124,000 nt of DNA from Hyalangium minutum (GTDB lineage Bacteria > Myxococcota > Myxococcia > Myxococcales > Myxococcaceae): NCBI RefSeq assembly GCF_000737315.1, contig NZ_JMCB01000006.1, positions 144,001 to 268,000 on the forward strand, in the 5' to 3' direction. This document shows positions 10,092-20,265 of this stretch, in pieces; the first letter of the stretch is position 1, and each line of letters opens with the position of its first letter. Both the position numbers and the translations under genes were made by a program. The notes below the pieces were generated by a model. The model was not told where the DNA came from. It was given only the letters and a program-made list of their open reading frames with translations, and did not search any database.

Positions 10092-11555
10092 TCATCCTCG
10101 GCGGAAGAACTCCTGGTTCAACCGCTGGGCGCGCTCCTCGGCGAGTTCCACTTCCTCCGTCACGTCCCGGTAGACGGTGACCTGGCCGAACTGGCCATCC
10201 GCGAAGGCCACGGGCTTGGACATCCAGCGGACCACGCGCCGGGGAAACTGCTGGAGCTCGAAGTCCTCGCGCCCCACGTAGGGACCGTCCGCGAGGACGC
10301 GCACCCGCCGCATGAAGTCCAAGGGGTCCTGGAAGCGAGTGGCGAAGGAGCGGACGAACACATCGCGGGGCTGGCCGATCAGCTCGGCCACGGTGCGGTC
10401 CGCCAGCAGGGCCATGTACTCGTTGGCGAAGAGGATGACGCGCCGGTGATCCAGGATCATCACCGCGTCATCCAGCCCGTTGAGCGCGGCCGCCAGGACG
10501 TCCGCGCGCAGGCGCTGCATCGCATGAGCATTCCGCTCCACATGGAGCGAGTGCTGGCTCCTGCGAAGCTGGACGCGCAGTTCGAGCTCTCCGGCCACCC
10601 GGCGTGCCAGCGCCACCAGCGCATCCACCTGCTCGGCGGAGATGGACAGCGGCTGCCGGTCGAGGATGCACAGCGTCCCCAGCACTGTGCCCTCACGGGT
10701 GATGAGGGGAGCGCCCGCGTACGAGCGGAACAAGCCCTCGCGCACCAGCCGGTTGGTGCTGAAGACGGGGTGAGTGGTGGCATCGGGGACCACCAGGGGC
10801 CCGGGCTGCTCCGCCTCCACCACATGGGCGCAGAGCGCCACATCGCGCTCGGTGCCGCGGTCCTGGAGCACCTGGCCCGCGAGCCCCACGTGCGCCTTGA
10901 ACCACTGCCGGTCCTCGAACACCAGGGACAGGAGCGCGATGGGCACGTTGAAGGCCTGGGCCGTCTCCTGCACGAGCCGCTGGAGCGACTCCTCGGGCGG
11001 CCCCTCATCCACGAGCTGCAGGCTGGCCAGCTTCGCCAGACGCGCCCGCTCACGAGCCAAGGCGGCGGCGGCACTCTCGGCGGGAACACCGGCCCGAAAT
11101 GGCACGGGGCGGGGCGGTAGAACCGGAGCGAGAGGCCCGGGAGGCTCGCCTGGAGAAGCGGCTGTAGTAGAGGCCTCTGGCGGCGTGCGTCCGAGCACGC
11201 GATGGACGGCCCGGCGGTAGGACTCGAGGGGAATGCCCTTGGCGAGGACCTCTTGGATACCCAGCAACTCCTTCCGCTCGAGCGCCGCGTTGCGCATCTT
11301 CACGAAGGAGGAGACCACGATGATCCTGGCAAAAGGCGAGCGCTTCCGGACCTCGCGGATGAGCTCGAAGCCATCGATGCCCGCGAGCGACAGCTCGGTG
11401 ATGACCACGGCGGGATCATCGCTGCGCTTGAGGAGCGTGGCCTTGGCGGCCTTGCCATCCGGAACGGAGATGGGCTCGAGGCCCAGCTCCACCAGCAAGG
11501 CATGAAACTTCGAGGAAGACGCGGTATCAGGATCGACGATCAGTCCCCAGGCCAT
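10092..11555 (-). CDS. Receiver-GAF-PAS signalling protein with no output domain (copy 1)
   Basis: N-terminal REC (VVITELSLAGIDG), GAF (RQWFKAHVG..FRSYAGAPL..GTLCILD), C-terminal PAS. Confidence 0.85.
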   Translation of the reverse strand: MAWGLIVDPDTASSSKFHALLVELGLEPISVPDGKAAKATLLKRSDDPAVVITELSLAGIDGFELIREVRKRSPFARIIVVSSFVKMRNAALERKELLGIQEVLAKGIPLESYRRAVHRVLGRTPPEASTTAASPGEPPGPLAPVLPPRPVPFRAGVPAESAAAALARERARLAKLASLQLVDEGPPEESLQRLVQETAQAFNVPIALLSLVFEDRQWFKAHVGLAGQVLQDRGTERDVALCAHVVEAEQPGPLVVPDATTHPVFSTNRLVREGLFRSYAGAPLITREGTVLGTLCILDRQPLSISAEQVDALVALARRVAGELELRVQLRRSQHSLHVERNAHAMQRLRADVLAAALNGLDDAVMILDHRRVILFANEYMALLADRTVAELIGQPRDVFVRSFATRFQDPLDFMRRVRVLADGPYVGREDFELQQFPRRVVRWMSKPVAFADGQFGQVTVYRDVTEEVELAEERAQRLNQEFFRRG

Positions 11556-11619
11556 GGGGGCCCTCCCTAATGGGCATTGTGCCGGAACTCAACCGGCTTC
11601 CTCGACAGGTGTCCCTAGC

Positions 11620-12342
11620 ATGATTCAAGTCCCTCGACGGTGGATGTGGCTGCTGCTGGGTACAGCGCTGACAGCCTGTGCGTCCGTGCCAGTGGCCTCA
11701 AACGAGGAAGCTGAGGAGTCGGAACAAGCCGCACCCTTCGCAGAGCTTTGCGCCCAAGCGGGCAGCCTGGTGCCGATCTGCGGCGCAAGCCAGTGTGGCC
11801 TTTACCCTTGCCGGGAGGTGGTGGAGCACCTCTCCACTTCGGGTCAGGTGCTGTTGGCTCGCACCGGCGGCATGGTGCTCCCGGGCCCTGGCAGCTCAGC
11901 TCAGAGGTACTGGGGCAGCGCCGATGGCCTGCCGCTGAACTCGAATCCCGTCTTCATCATCCCTTGGGGTCCCAAGCCACCGCTCCTGCCCAGCCAGAAG
12001 AAGATGCTGGAGGAGCTGGAGGCTGAGCGGCGTAAGCCTCACGAGAAGCACCACATCTTTCCTCAGGAGCCGGATCTTAAGAGGTGGTTCACTCGGAAAG
12101 GCATCAACATTCACGAGTTCACGATGCCGTTGCTCGTGGATGTACACCGTCGCATCCACCATCCCCCACCTCCGGGTGGGGCGTGGAACGAAGCGTGGCG
12201 GCAGTACAAGGACAGCCACGACAATGCTCCCAAGGAAGAGATTTACCGGTATGCAGGGCAGCTCATCTATGAGTTCGAGTTGGTCGGCCCAATCGTCCCC
12301 TATTACCGGCAGTGGACGCAGCCACCACCGATCGGCGGGTGA
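11620..12342 (+). CDS. sitA6: SitA6-family (TIGR02269-like) polymorphic toxin lipoprotein
   Basis: Lipobox LTAC, Cys-rich escort region (CAQAGSLVPICGASQCGLYPC), HEKHHIFPQ..HRRIH..WNEAW toxin motif; overlaps the immunity gene. Confidence 0.85.
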   Translation: MIQVPRRWMWLLLGTALTACASVPVASNEEAEESEQAAPFAELCAQAGSLVPICGASQCGLYPCREVVEHLSTSGQVLLARTGGMVLPGPGSSAQRYWGSADGLPLNSNPVFIIPWGPKPPLLPSQKKMLEELEAERRKPHEKHHIFPQEPDLKRWFTRKGINIHEFTMPLLVDVHRRIHHPPPPGGAWNEAWRQYKDSHDNAPKEEIYRYAGQLIYEFELVGPIVPYYRQWTQPPPIGG

Positions 12343-13067
12343 TGAAGTCCATGCGCTACTACTTCGTGGATTACTCCCGGGCTCCACAGTACTCGGGAAC
12401 CTTTAGCGCTTCACACAAGTGGGGATTGCCGGGTATCCACTGCCCTCTGTGCGATGCGACTTGGTCCACCGGGTCGAATGCTTACCCTTCGGTGGACCTC
12501 TCTCACGTGCCGGATCAAACGAAGTACTCGGCACGGCTGGAAGAGGACTATGCCGAGTTCGAGCGGCTGCGCGAGCAGGTGCGCTCGCTGGTGCCACCTG
12601 GTGTACCGCTGTGGCCGGGAACAGAATTCGGACCTCTTGAAGGATCAGCCCGAGGTGAGTTCGGCCCTCTCTACATGTACTTCTCGTACGCCATGTTGCT
12701 GCGGGGCGAGACACTCCGACACCTGCAGGCCGAAGCTGTCCAAGGCCTCAAGGGATGCCGCACGAAGGTGGCCTTCCGCAAGAAGGACCCGCCCGAGTTG
12801 CTGGAACTTGAGCTGTTGCCTCGAGGCCATTTGCATCCGGACTGCTTGCCCGCAGATCGTGAGCCTCCGTGCCCAAAGTGTGGTCGCAGAGGGTGGAAAC
12901 GCCCGGATGATCTCATCCTCAGCGCCGCGTCTCTCCCCCAGGACCTGGACGTATTCCGGCTGGAGGACTTCCTAACGACGATCATCGCCTCCGAGCGCTT
13001 CGTCGAGACCGCACGGCGCCTCGGCTACGAGCAGGACATCGTCTTCCGCGAGCTTCCCACCCGATAG
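12342..13067 (+). CDS. sitI6: SitI6-family double-CXXCG immunity protein (TIGR02264-like)
   Basis: WGLPGIHCPLCD and CPKCGR motifs, DVFRL..IIASERFVE C-terminus; TGATG stop/start overlap with the toxin. Confidence 0.85.
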   Translation: MKSMRYYFVDYSRAPQYSGTFSASHKWGLPGIHCPLCDATWSTGSNAYPSVDLSHVPDQTKYSARLEEDYAEFERLREQVRSLVPPGVPLWPGTEFGPLEGSARGEFGPLYMYFSYAMLLRGETLRHLQAEAVQGLKGCRTKVAFRKKDPPELLELELLPRGHLHPDCLPADREPPCPKCGRRGWKRPDDLILSAASLPQDLDVFRLEDFLTTIIASERFVETARRLGYEQDIVFRELPTR

Positions 13068-13071
13068 AAAG

Positions 13072-13105
13072 GAGCACCGTGGCCACAACCCAGGCCACGG
13101 TGCTC
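13072..13105. terminator. Probable bidirectional terminator hairpin
   Basis: Perfect 13-bp stem GAGCACCGTGGCC / GGCCACGGTGCTC with 8-nt loop, between convergent genes. Confidence 0.7.
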
Positions 13106-13115
13106 AAAACCACCG

Positions 13116-14201
13116 CTACCAGCGGTCCTTGTCCGTCTTCGGCGCCAGCGGGAACGCCGGCGCGGAGATGCCGTTCACGCTCAAGCCTCCATGCATGAAC
13201 GTGGGCGTGCCCTGCAGGAAGCCCGCCGGGAAGTTCAGCGCTGGCTTCGACACCTCATCCAGCGCCGCTACCTGCTGCGGCGTCAGCTTCAGCTCCAGCG
13301 CCCCCAGGTTGTTGTCCAGCTGCTCCAGCGTCCGCGCCCCGATGATCGTCGAGCTCACCCCCGGCCGGCTCTGCACCCACGCCAGCGCCACCCGCGCCAC
13401 CGTGCTCTCCTGCTCCTTCGCCACCTTCTGCAGCACGTCGATGATGCTGTAGGCCTTCTCGCCCAGGTTGCCGTCCACCCACTGGCCGCGATCCGCCTTC
13501 ACCTTGCCCGCGTTCTCCCGCGTGTACTTGCCGCTCAGCACCCCGCTCTTCAGCGGCGACCACGGCGTCACCCCCAGCCCCAGCTCGCGCGCCATCGGGA
13601 TCAGCTCGCCCTCCACCGTGCGCTCGATCAGCGAGTACTCGATCTGCAATGCAATCAGCGGCGACCAGCCCTTGAACTGCGCCAGCAACTGCGCCTGCGC
13701 CACCTTCCACGCCGGCGTGTCCGAAAACCCGATGTACCGGACCTTCCCCGCCCGCACCAGGTCATCCAACGCCCGCATCGTCTCCTCGATGGGCGTGTGC
13801 CGATCCAGGCAGTGCATCCAGTACAGGTCGATGTAGTCCGTCTGCAGCCGGCGCAGGGACTCGTCGCACGCGGCCATCAGCGACTTGCGCCCCGCTCCAC
13901 CGCCGTTCGGATCCGCCGGGAACAGGTTCCCGAAGAACTTGGTGGCGATCACCACCCGGTGCCGCTTGCTCGGGTTCTTCCCCAGGTGGTCCCCGATGAT
14001 CTTCTCCGAGTGCCCCAGCGTGTAGATGTTCGCCGTATCGATGAAGTTGCCACCCCGCTCGATGAAGCGGTCCATGATGGCGTTGGAGGTCTCGACGCTG
14101 CTGCCCCAGCCGAGATCCTCGCCGAACGTCATCGCTCCGAGGCAGAACGGACTGACGCGCAGGCCGGAGTGGCCAAGGGTGAGATACGCATTGAGTGCCA
14201 T
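13116..14201 (-). CDS. Aldo/keto reductase
   Basis: LGAMTFG, IDTANIY, IATK, TDYIDLYWMH, GKVRYIGFS, QIEYSL motifs. Confidence 0.92.
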   Translation of the reverse strand: MALNAYLTLGHSGLRVSPFCLGAMTFGEDLGWGSSVETSNAIMDRFIERGGNFIDTANIYTLGHSEKIIGDHLGKNPSKRHRVVIATKFFGNLFPADPNGGGAGRKSLMAACDESLRRLQTDYIDLYWMHCLDRHTPIEETMRALDDLVRAGKVRYIGFSDTPAWKVAQAQLLAQFKGWSPLIALQIEYSLIERTVEGELIPMARELGLGVTPWSPLKSGVLSGKYTRENAGKVKADRGQWVDGNLGEKAYSIIDVLQKVAKEQESTVARVALAWVQSRPGVSSTIIGARTLEQLDNNLGALELKLTPQQVAALDEVSKPALNFPAGFLQGTPTFMHGGLSVNGISAPAFPLAPKTDKDRW

Positions 14202-14293
14202 GGGTTCTCCCAAAACAGGTAGAGCGGCGCGGAGGAGTAACAGGGAGTCCTCTCCTCCGCTCGCTCATCTACCTCTGGCACTCTCTCACTCCG

Positions 14294-15754
14294 TCACCGT
14301 CTGGCGAGCTCCTCGGCAAGCTCGACCTCATTCGTCACGTCCTTGTAGACGGTGACCTGTCCGAAGTTGCCATCGGCGAACGCCACCGGCCGGGAGCTCC
14401 ACCGGACCACGCGCCGCCGGAACTGCTGCAGCTCGAAGTCCTCGCGCCCCACGTAGGGGCCATCCACGGGGATGCGCACCCGCCGCAGGAAGTCCTTGGG
14501 CTCCTTGAACCGGGCCGCGAAGTCGCGAATGAACGCGTCGCGGTGCATGCCGATCAGCTCGGACACCGTCTTGTCCGCCAGCAGCGCCATGAACTCGTTG
14601 GCGAAGAGAATCACGCGCCGGTGATCAAAGAGCATCACCGCGTCATCCAAGCCATCGAGCGTGGCCGCCAGGATGTCCGCCCGCATGCGCTGCACCGTGT
14701 GGGCATCGCGCTCCGCGCTCAGCGAGCGCTGGCTCTTGCTCAGCTGGCCGCGCAGGTCGAGCTCTCCGGCCACTCGGCGCGCCAGCGCCACCAGGTTGTC
14801 CACCTGCTCGGCGGAGATGGACATCGGCTTCTTGTCGAGGATGCACAGCGTCCCCAGCACCGTCCCCCCACGGGTGATGAGGGGAGCGCCTGCATACGAG
14901 CGGAACACGCCCTCACGCACCAGCCGGTTGGTGCTGAACACGGGGTGAGTCGCGGCATCGGGGACCACCAGGGGCTCGGGCTGCTCCGCCTCCACCACAT
15001 GGGCGCAGAGCGCCACGTCGCGCGGCGTGCCGCGCTCCTCGAGCAGCTTGCCGCCGAGCCCCACGTGCGCCTTGAACCACTGCCGGTCCTCGAGCACCAG
15101 GGACAGGAGGGCGATGGGCACATTGAAGGCTTGCGCCGTCTCCTGCACGAGGCGCTGGAGCTCCTCGTCCGGAGGCCCTTCATCCACGAGGTGAAGGCTG
15201 GCCAGCTTCGCCAACCGCGCCCGCTCGCGCGACAGGAGCGCGGCATCCTCGGAGGCAGGGCTGGAGCGGGGCACCCCTGGGCGAAGCGGAGGATCCAGGA
15301 GGGGCAGCTCGGGCAGGAGGGGCAGCTCGGGCGGGAGCTGCAGCTCGGGCAGGGAGGGGAGTGCGGCCGGGGCCTCGGGCGCCGTGCGCCCGAGCGCGCG
15401 GTAGAGGATGCGCCGGAAGGAGTCGAAGGGTGCACCCTTGGCAAGGATCTCCTGGATGCCCAGCAGCTCCTTCTTCTCGAGCGCCGCGGTGCGCATCTTC
15501 ACGAACGAGGAGACGACGATGACCCGCGTGCTCGACGAGCCCTTCCGGACGTCGCGAATCAACTCGAAGCCATCCAGCCCCGCCAGGGACAGCTCGGTGA
15601 TGACCACGGCGGGCTGCTCGCGGCGCTCCTGAAGCGCGGTCTTCGCGGCCCGCCCATCTTGAGCGAGGACGGGCTCGATCCCCGCCTCCCTCAACAAGGC
15701 CTGGAACTTCGAGGAACACGCGGTGTTGGGCTCGACAATCAATCCCCAGGACAT
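14294..15754 (-). CDS. Receiver-GAF-PAS signalling protein with no output domain (copy 2)
   Basis: Close paralog of 10092-11555 (VVITELSLAGLDG; near-identical GAF core). Confidence 0.85.
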   Translation of the reverse strand: MSWGLIVEPNTACSSKFQALLREAGIEPVLAQDGRAAKTALQERREQPAVVITELSLAGLDGFELIRDVRKGSSSTRVIVVSSFVKMRTAALEKKELLGIQEILAKGAPFDSFRRILYRALGRTAPEAPAALPSLPELQLPPELPLLPELPLLDPPLRPGVPRSSPASEDAALLSRERARLAKLASLHLVDEGPPDEELQRLVQETAQAFNVPIALLSLVLEDRQWFKAHVGLGGKLLEERGTPRDVALCAHVVEAEQPEPLVVPDAATHPVFSTNRLVREGVFRSYAGAPLITRGGTVLGTLCILDKKPMSISAEQVDNLVALARRVAGELDLRGQLSKSQRSLSAERDAHTVQRMRADILAATLDGLDDAVMLFDHRRVILFANEFMALLADKTVSELIGMHRDAFIRDFAARFKEPKDFLRRVRIPVDGPYVGREDFELQQFRRRVVRWSSRPVAFADGNFGQVTVYKDVTNEVELAEELARR

Positions 15755-15794
15755 GCAACCCTTTCCCTTCTCTGTGCGCAGACGGGCAGTGCCC

Positions 15795-17441
15795 CTAGCT
15801 TCCTGCGCGAATGATTTCAGCAATGGACCGCTCCGCCAACGCGGTGATGGTCAGCGACGGATTGACCGTCCCCGTGCTCCCGGGAATCGCTGCGCCATCG
15901 ACGACATAGAGCCGGTCGTAGCCTTTGACACGGCCGTAGGCGTCGGTCGATCGCCCGAGCACCGACCCACCGAGCGGGTGCGCCGTGAAGGTGGCGTTGA
16001 CATCCGTTGCGAGCACCGGAATGCCCACCTGTGTGCCGCTGGCGGCGGCGATGCGGTTGTTGACGGCTCTCAGCGCGGCCACGGCGGCGTCGTTGCCATG
16101 GCTCGGCCAGTCGAGCACCACCTTCTTGCGGGTGCTGTCGTACCGGAAGCTCGCGCGCTGGGAGTCCAGCGCCATGCCGAGCGTGCCAATCAATCCTGGG
16201 TTGAGCGGCAGGTTGGGGACGTACCAGTTCTCCATCGTCACCGGCATCCCGCGCTCATCGAGGATGCGCGAGGCGCACGGTGAGCCCTGGTTGAAGCCCT
16301 CGAGGCCGGAGAACACGCGCGCCACGGCCGCATCCCCGTTCGTGCCCCAGCCCGTGCCAATGGTCTCATCGAGGTGGGGCAGTGCGCCCGTGTCGCGGGC
16401 CGCGACGAGCAGCTCGCTGGTGCCGATAGAGCCCGCTCCCAGGAAGAGGCGGTCGGCCGTCAGGGTGCGCTGGCGAAGGACCGTGCCGTTCGGAGCGATG
16501 ACGTTGACCTGCACCCAGTAGCGGCCATCTGCCTCGCGGCCAATGGCCGTGACCTGGTGCCCGGGGTGGATGGTCACCCTGCCGGTGGCCTCGGCCTGGG
16601 GGAGGTAGTTCTGCCCCAAGTCATACTTGGCCCCGTTCGCGTTCCCGAAGGTGCTCTCCCCGAGGATGGCGGAGGCGCGCGACGTGCCCGCCAGCTCGCG
16701 CCGCACGATGTCCCAGCGGAAGATGGAGTCGATGCGCTGCGGGGTGTATCCCGCCTGCATGACGTGGGTATCCCAGACGCGGGAGTGACCAAAGGGCGCG
16801 CTCTGGTACACGTCCGCCGGCATGGGCGAGACCGCAAGCATCTGCCGGGCGAGCGGGTAGTAGACCCGGTCCATCTCCTCGTAGCTCACGACGCCCTGGA
16901 ACACGTGGTCGAAGAAGCGCCGCTCGGGCTGCACCATCGCCCCGGTGAAGACGACCGAGCCCCCGCCGACAGCCGCTCCTCGCCACACCTTGATGTGCTC
17001 ATAGTCGGTGACGTCGAGCACGCCGCCAAAGGAGTCGACCGGCCGGACGATGCCGTCGAACCCCGGGAAGCTCGTCCTGAACCAGACGGACCGGCCGTCG
17101 ATCAGGGACTCGGAGGAGAAGATCTGGCGCCACAGATCACGCGGCCAGCGCGAGCCGCGCTCGAGCATCGTCACCTGCACGCCCGCCTGTCCGAGCCGCA
17201 GCGCGGACACGGCCGCACCGAAGCCCGTGCCAATCACGAGCGCCTGGGAGTGCGAGGGAGCCGTGGGCAACGCCCGGAAGATCTCCGGCACCTCGAGCCG
17301 GTACACGAGCTCGTTGAGCGAGCCCACGGGAGGCGCTGTCTCGGCCGCCCGCGCCGCACTGGGTCCCAAGAGGGCGGAGCCTGTGCCCGTCATGGCTCCC
17401 AGGGTCCCGAGTTTGAGCAAGCTGCGTCGAGAGAGCTTCAT
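15795..17441 (-). CDS. Tat-exported cholesterol oxidase-type GMC oxidoreductase
   Basis: SRRSLLK Tat signal; GTGFGAAV FAD motif, GAAVGGGS, LGAGSIGT, WGTNGD, TAHPLGG, VVDGAAIPG..NPSLTITALAER. Confidence 0.85.
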   Translation of the reverse strand: MKLSRRSLLKLGTLGAMTGTGSALLGPSAARAAETAPPVGSLNELVYRLEVPEIFRALPTAPSHSQALVIGTGFGAAVSALRLGQAGVQVTMLERGSRWPRDLWRQIFSSESLIDGRSVWFRTSFPGFDGIVRPVDSFGGVLDVTDYEHIKVWRGAAVGGGSVVFTGAMVQPERRFFDHVFQGVVSYEEMDRVYYPLARQMLAVSPMPADVYQSAPFGHSRVWDTHVMQAGYTPQRIDSIFRWDIVRRELAGTSRASAILGESTFGNANGAKYDLGQNYLPQAEATGRVTIHPGHQVTAIGREADGRYWVQVNVIAPNGTVLRQRTLTADRLFLGAGSIGTSELLVAARDTGALPHLDETIGTGWGTNGDAAVARVFSGLEGFNQGSPCASRILDERGMPVTMENWYVPNLPLNPGLIGTLGMALDSQRASFRYDSTRKKVVLDWPSHGNDAAVAALRAVNNRIAAASGTQVGIPVLATDVNATFTAHPLGGSVLGRSTDAYGRVKGYDRLYVVDGAAIPGSTGTVNPSLTITALAERSIAEIIRAGS

Positions 17442-17567
17442 CCCGTCTCCTTATAAGGACCTGACGCGGAGCTCCCGTTACCAGCTCAGCGGGGTCTTCC
17501 GGGTATATTGAAGTGAGCCCCTACCCTTGGATCGCTAGGGGTTGTCCCCAATCCACGAGGAGGTGCC

Positions 17568-18956
17568 ATGAAGCTCCTGCAAGGAATCGCTCTCGTCATC
17601 CTGGGGGCCAGCTGCGCCCACACCCCAGAGAAAGCCTCACCCGCCGAGTCCTCACCGGCAGACCGAGCCCAGGCACTGTCCTCCCAGGCCGACAAGGCCT
17701 ACAGCGCCCAGGACTTCTCCGGCTGCGCCGAGCTGTTCCGCCAGGCTGCCGAGGCCAGCACCGAGGATGACCCGCGCGCCACCGCCTTCTACAGCGCCGC
17801 AGGCTGCTCGGCCCTGGCGGGCAACCCCACCCAAGCGCTCGAGCTCCTGAGGCGCTCGGTCCAGAGCGGCTACTTCGATCCAGACACCCTGCAGCATGAC
17901 CCGGAGCTGGTCTCGGTCCACGCGCTCCCCGGCTGGCAGGAGGTCGTCGCCGGAGCCCAGGCCAATCTGGCGAAGGCCCCGAGCCCACCGCTCCCTGTCG
18001 CCAAGCTCGCGGGCATCGACGTCTACGGCTCGCGCCGCGCCAGCACGGAGGCCGTCCGCCAGATGCTCGGCTTCGAGCTGGGCCAGCTCATCGTCCCCAG
18101 CAAGGCCCTGTTCAAGCAGAAGGAGGAGGCCCTCCAGAAGCAGTTCAACCTCGCCTTCGCCAAGATCGCCTTCATCTACTTCTTCGGGGGCGATGACAAA
18201 GGCAGCGCCTTCATCACCGCGGACCTCGTGGATGCCGAGGACGCGCAGCGGCTGCGCTTCCTCCCCGAGCCCACGGGCCATGTCCCGGATCCCGAGAGCC
18301 TCGTCGCCGAGTGGCAGGCCTATGACTTCCAGACTGAGCGGCTCATGAAGACGGGCCAGCTCGATCCGGAGAAGGGCTTCACCTGCCGCGTCGCCCACTG
18401 CACCTTCGGCTTCGCGCACCCCACACTCGAGCGCTTCGAGCCACTCTTCCTGGAGAAGGTCCCTCGCCACCAGGACGCGATCACGAAGGTGCTGCGTGAG
18501 GACGCCGATGCCGCGAAGCGCGAGGCCGCCGCCTACCTGCTGGCCTACGCCGCCTCGCCCGAGCAGACCGTCGCCCGGCTCGTGCCCTCCATCCGAGATC
18601 CCTCCGGCTCCGTGCGCAACGGCGTGCTCCGCGTGCTGATTGCCACCCAGGAGGCCGCGGACCATCCGCTCGTGGACGCTGCGGTGGTGGCCGACGCCGC
18701 CTCCATGCCGGAGACCACCGACCGCAACAAGGCCCTCTTCCTGCTCAAGATGCTGCTGGATGACCTGAAGCCCGACGCGCTCAAGGCCCAGCGCGGCCCA
18801 CTCCTCAAGCAGCTCGGCCCGCAGCTGGTGACCCTGGCCGCCATGCAGCAACCCATCAACCGGGAGCCCGCCATCGAGGTCCTCCAGGCGCTCTCCGGAG
18901 AGAGCTTCGAGACCGCCGATCAGTGGAAGGCCTGGCTCGCGCGCCAACCCCAGTGA
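17568..18956 (+). CDS. Lipoprotein with TPR-like N-terminus and HEAT-repeat C-terminus
   Basis: Lipobox GASC; FYSAAGCSALAG TPR-like segment; DPSGSVRNGVLRVL HEAT-like repeats. Confidence 0.6.
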   Translation: MKLLQGIALVILGASCAHTPEKASPAESSPADRAQALSSQADKAYSAQDFSGCAELFRQAAEASTEDDPRATAFYSAAGCSALAGNPTQALELLRRSVQSGYFDPDTLQHDPELVSVHALPGWQEVVAGAQANLAKAPSPPLPVAKLAGIDVYGSRRASTEAVRQMLGFELGQLIVPSKALFKQKEEALQKQFNLAFAKIAFIYFFGGDDKGSAFITADLVDAEDAQRLRFLPEPTGHVPDPESLVAEWQAYDFQTERLMKTGQLDPEKGFTCRVAHCTFGFAHPTLERFEPLFLEKVPRHQDAITKVLREDADAAKREAAAYLLAYAASPEQTVARLVPSIRDPSGSVRNGVLRVLIATQEAADHPLVDAAVVADAASMPETTDRNKALFLLKMLLDDLKPDALKAQRGPLLKQLGPQLVTLAAMQQPINREPAIEVLQALSGESFETADQWKAWLARQPQ

Positions 18957-18972
18957 AGCGAGGCCCTCCCCC

Positions 18973-20229
18973 ATGACTGCTCCCTCCGTTTCCCTCGGCC
19001 TCGACTACAAGCCGCTCGAGCCGCCCCTGCTGGATGAGCCGTTCCCCTTCTACGCCCGCCTCCGCCAAGAGGCCCCCGTCACCTTCGCGCCCCACTTCCA
19101 CCTCTGGCTCGTCAGCCGCTACGCGGACGTGATGACGGTCCTGAAGGATCCCCGGCGCTTCAGCTCGCGCGACATCCTTCGCCCGCCTGTGGATCTCCCC
19201 GCCGACCTGCTCCAGTTGCTCGAGGCCTCCGGCTACACGCCCGACTACCCCCTGCTCGGTGACGATCCGCCCGCCCATACCCGCATCCGCGGCCTGGTCG
19301 GCAAGGCCTTCAACATGGCCAGCGTCAACGCCCTGGAAGCCCGCATCCGAACCGCCGCGCGCACCCACGTCGATGCCCTGCTCCGCGGCGCCACCCGCGC
19401 GGACCTCGTCTCGGGGCTCGCCTGGTCCTTGCCCATGGACGTCATCACCGAGCTGCTCGGCGTCCCTCGCGAGGACGGAGCGCGGATCCGCCAGTGGATC
19501 GAGGATGAGAAGCTCTTCTTCGTCCCCCACCTCCCGCCCGACGGCCTGCGCCGCGCCGTCGAGGGCGTAGCCGCCTTCCGCCGCTACCTTCGTGCCATGG
19601 TCGAGGACCGCCAGCAGCACCCGCGCGAGGACTTCCTCTCCACCCTCATCGCCGCCCGGCTCGAGGGCGAGCGCCCGCTGAGCACCCTGGAGCTCTCCAA
19701 CCTGCTCAACGTGCTCGTGTTCGCTGGCAACGAGACGTCCACCAACCTGATCAGCACCGCACTGCTCTGCCTGCTGCGCCACCCCGGCCTGTGGCAGGAG
19801 CTGCGCGCCAACCCCGCCGCCGTTCCCAACACCCTCGAGGAGGTGCTGCGCTTCGACTCGCCGGTGGTGGGGATGATGCGCACGGTCACCGAGCCCACAC
19901 AGCTCGGCGGCGTGGAGCTCCCAGCCGGGGCGCGGCTGCTGCTCCTGTTCGCCTCGGCCAACCGGGACGAGTCCGTCTTCGAGCAAGCCGCGCGCTTCGA
20001 CATCCGCCGCGCCAACGCGAACCGCCACCTCGGCTTCGGCCACGGCACCCACTACTGCGTGGGCGCGCCGCTCGCCCGGCTCGAGGCCCGCGTCGTCCTG
20101 GAGCTCCTCATCGAGCGGCTCCCGAACCCGCGCCTGGTGGCTGGAGAGTCCGTCCCCTACCTCCCCAACCTCATCCACCGAGGCCCCCAGCGCCTCATGG
20201 TCGAGTGGGACACAGCTCCCACAGCGTGA
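18973..20229 (+). CDS. Cytochrome P450
   Basis: DDPPAHTRIR, AGNETS I-helix, EEVLR ExxR, FGHGTHYCVG heme-binding Cys. Confidence 0.95.
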   Translation: MTAPSVSLGLDYKPLEPPLLDEPFPFYARLRQEAPVTFAPHFHLWLVSRYADVMTVLKDPRRFSSRDILRPPVDLPADLLQLLEASGYTPDYPLLGDDPPAHTRIRGLVGKAFNMASVNALEARIRTAARTHVDALLRGATRADLVSGLAWSLPMDVITELLGVPREDGARIRQWIEDEKLFFVPHLPPDGLRRAVEGVAAFRRYLRAMVEDRQQHPREDFLSTLIAARLEGERPLSTLELSNLLNVLVFAGNETSTNLISTALLCLLRHPGLWQELRANPAAVPNTLEEVLRFDSPVVGMMRTVTEPTQLGGVELPAGARLLLLFASANRDESVFEQAARFDIRRANANRHLGFGHGTHYCVGAPLARLEARVVLELLIERLPNPRLVAGESVPYLPNLIHRGPQRLMVEWDTAPTA

Positions 20230-20265
20230 GTGAGCCCGTGGGGACGCCCGTGCTAGAAAACGGAC

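Noticed and set aside
18957-18972. Biarylitide/myxarylin-type MxYxH precursor upstream of the P450
   Set aside because: Only 16 bp separate the genes and no such mini-ORF is present
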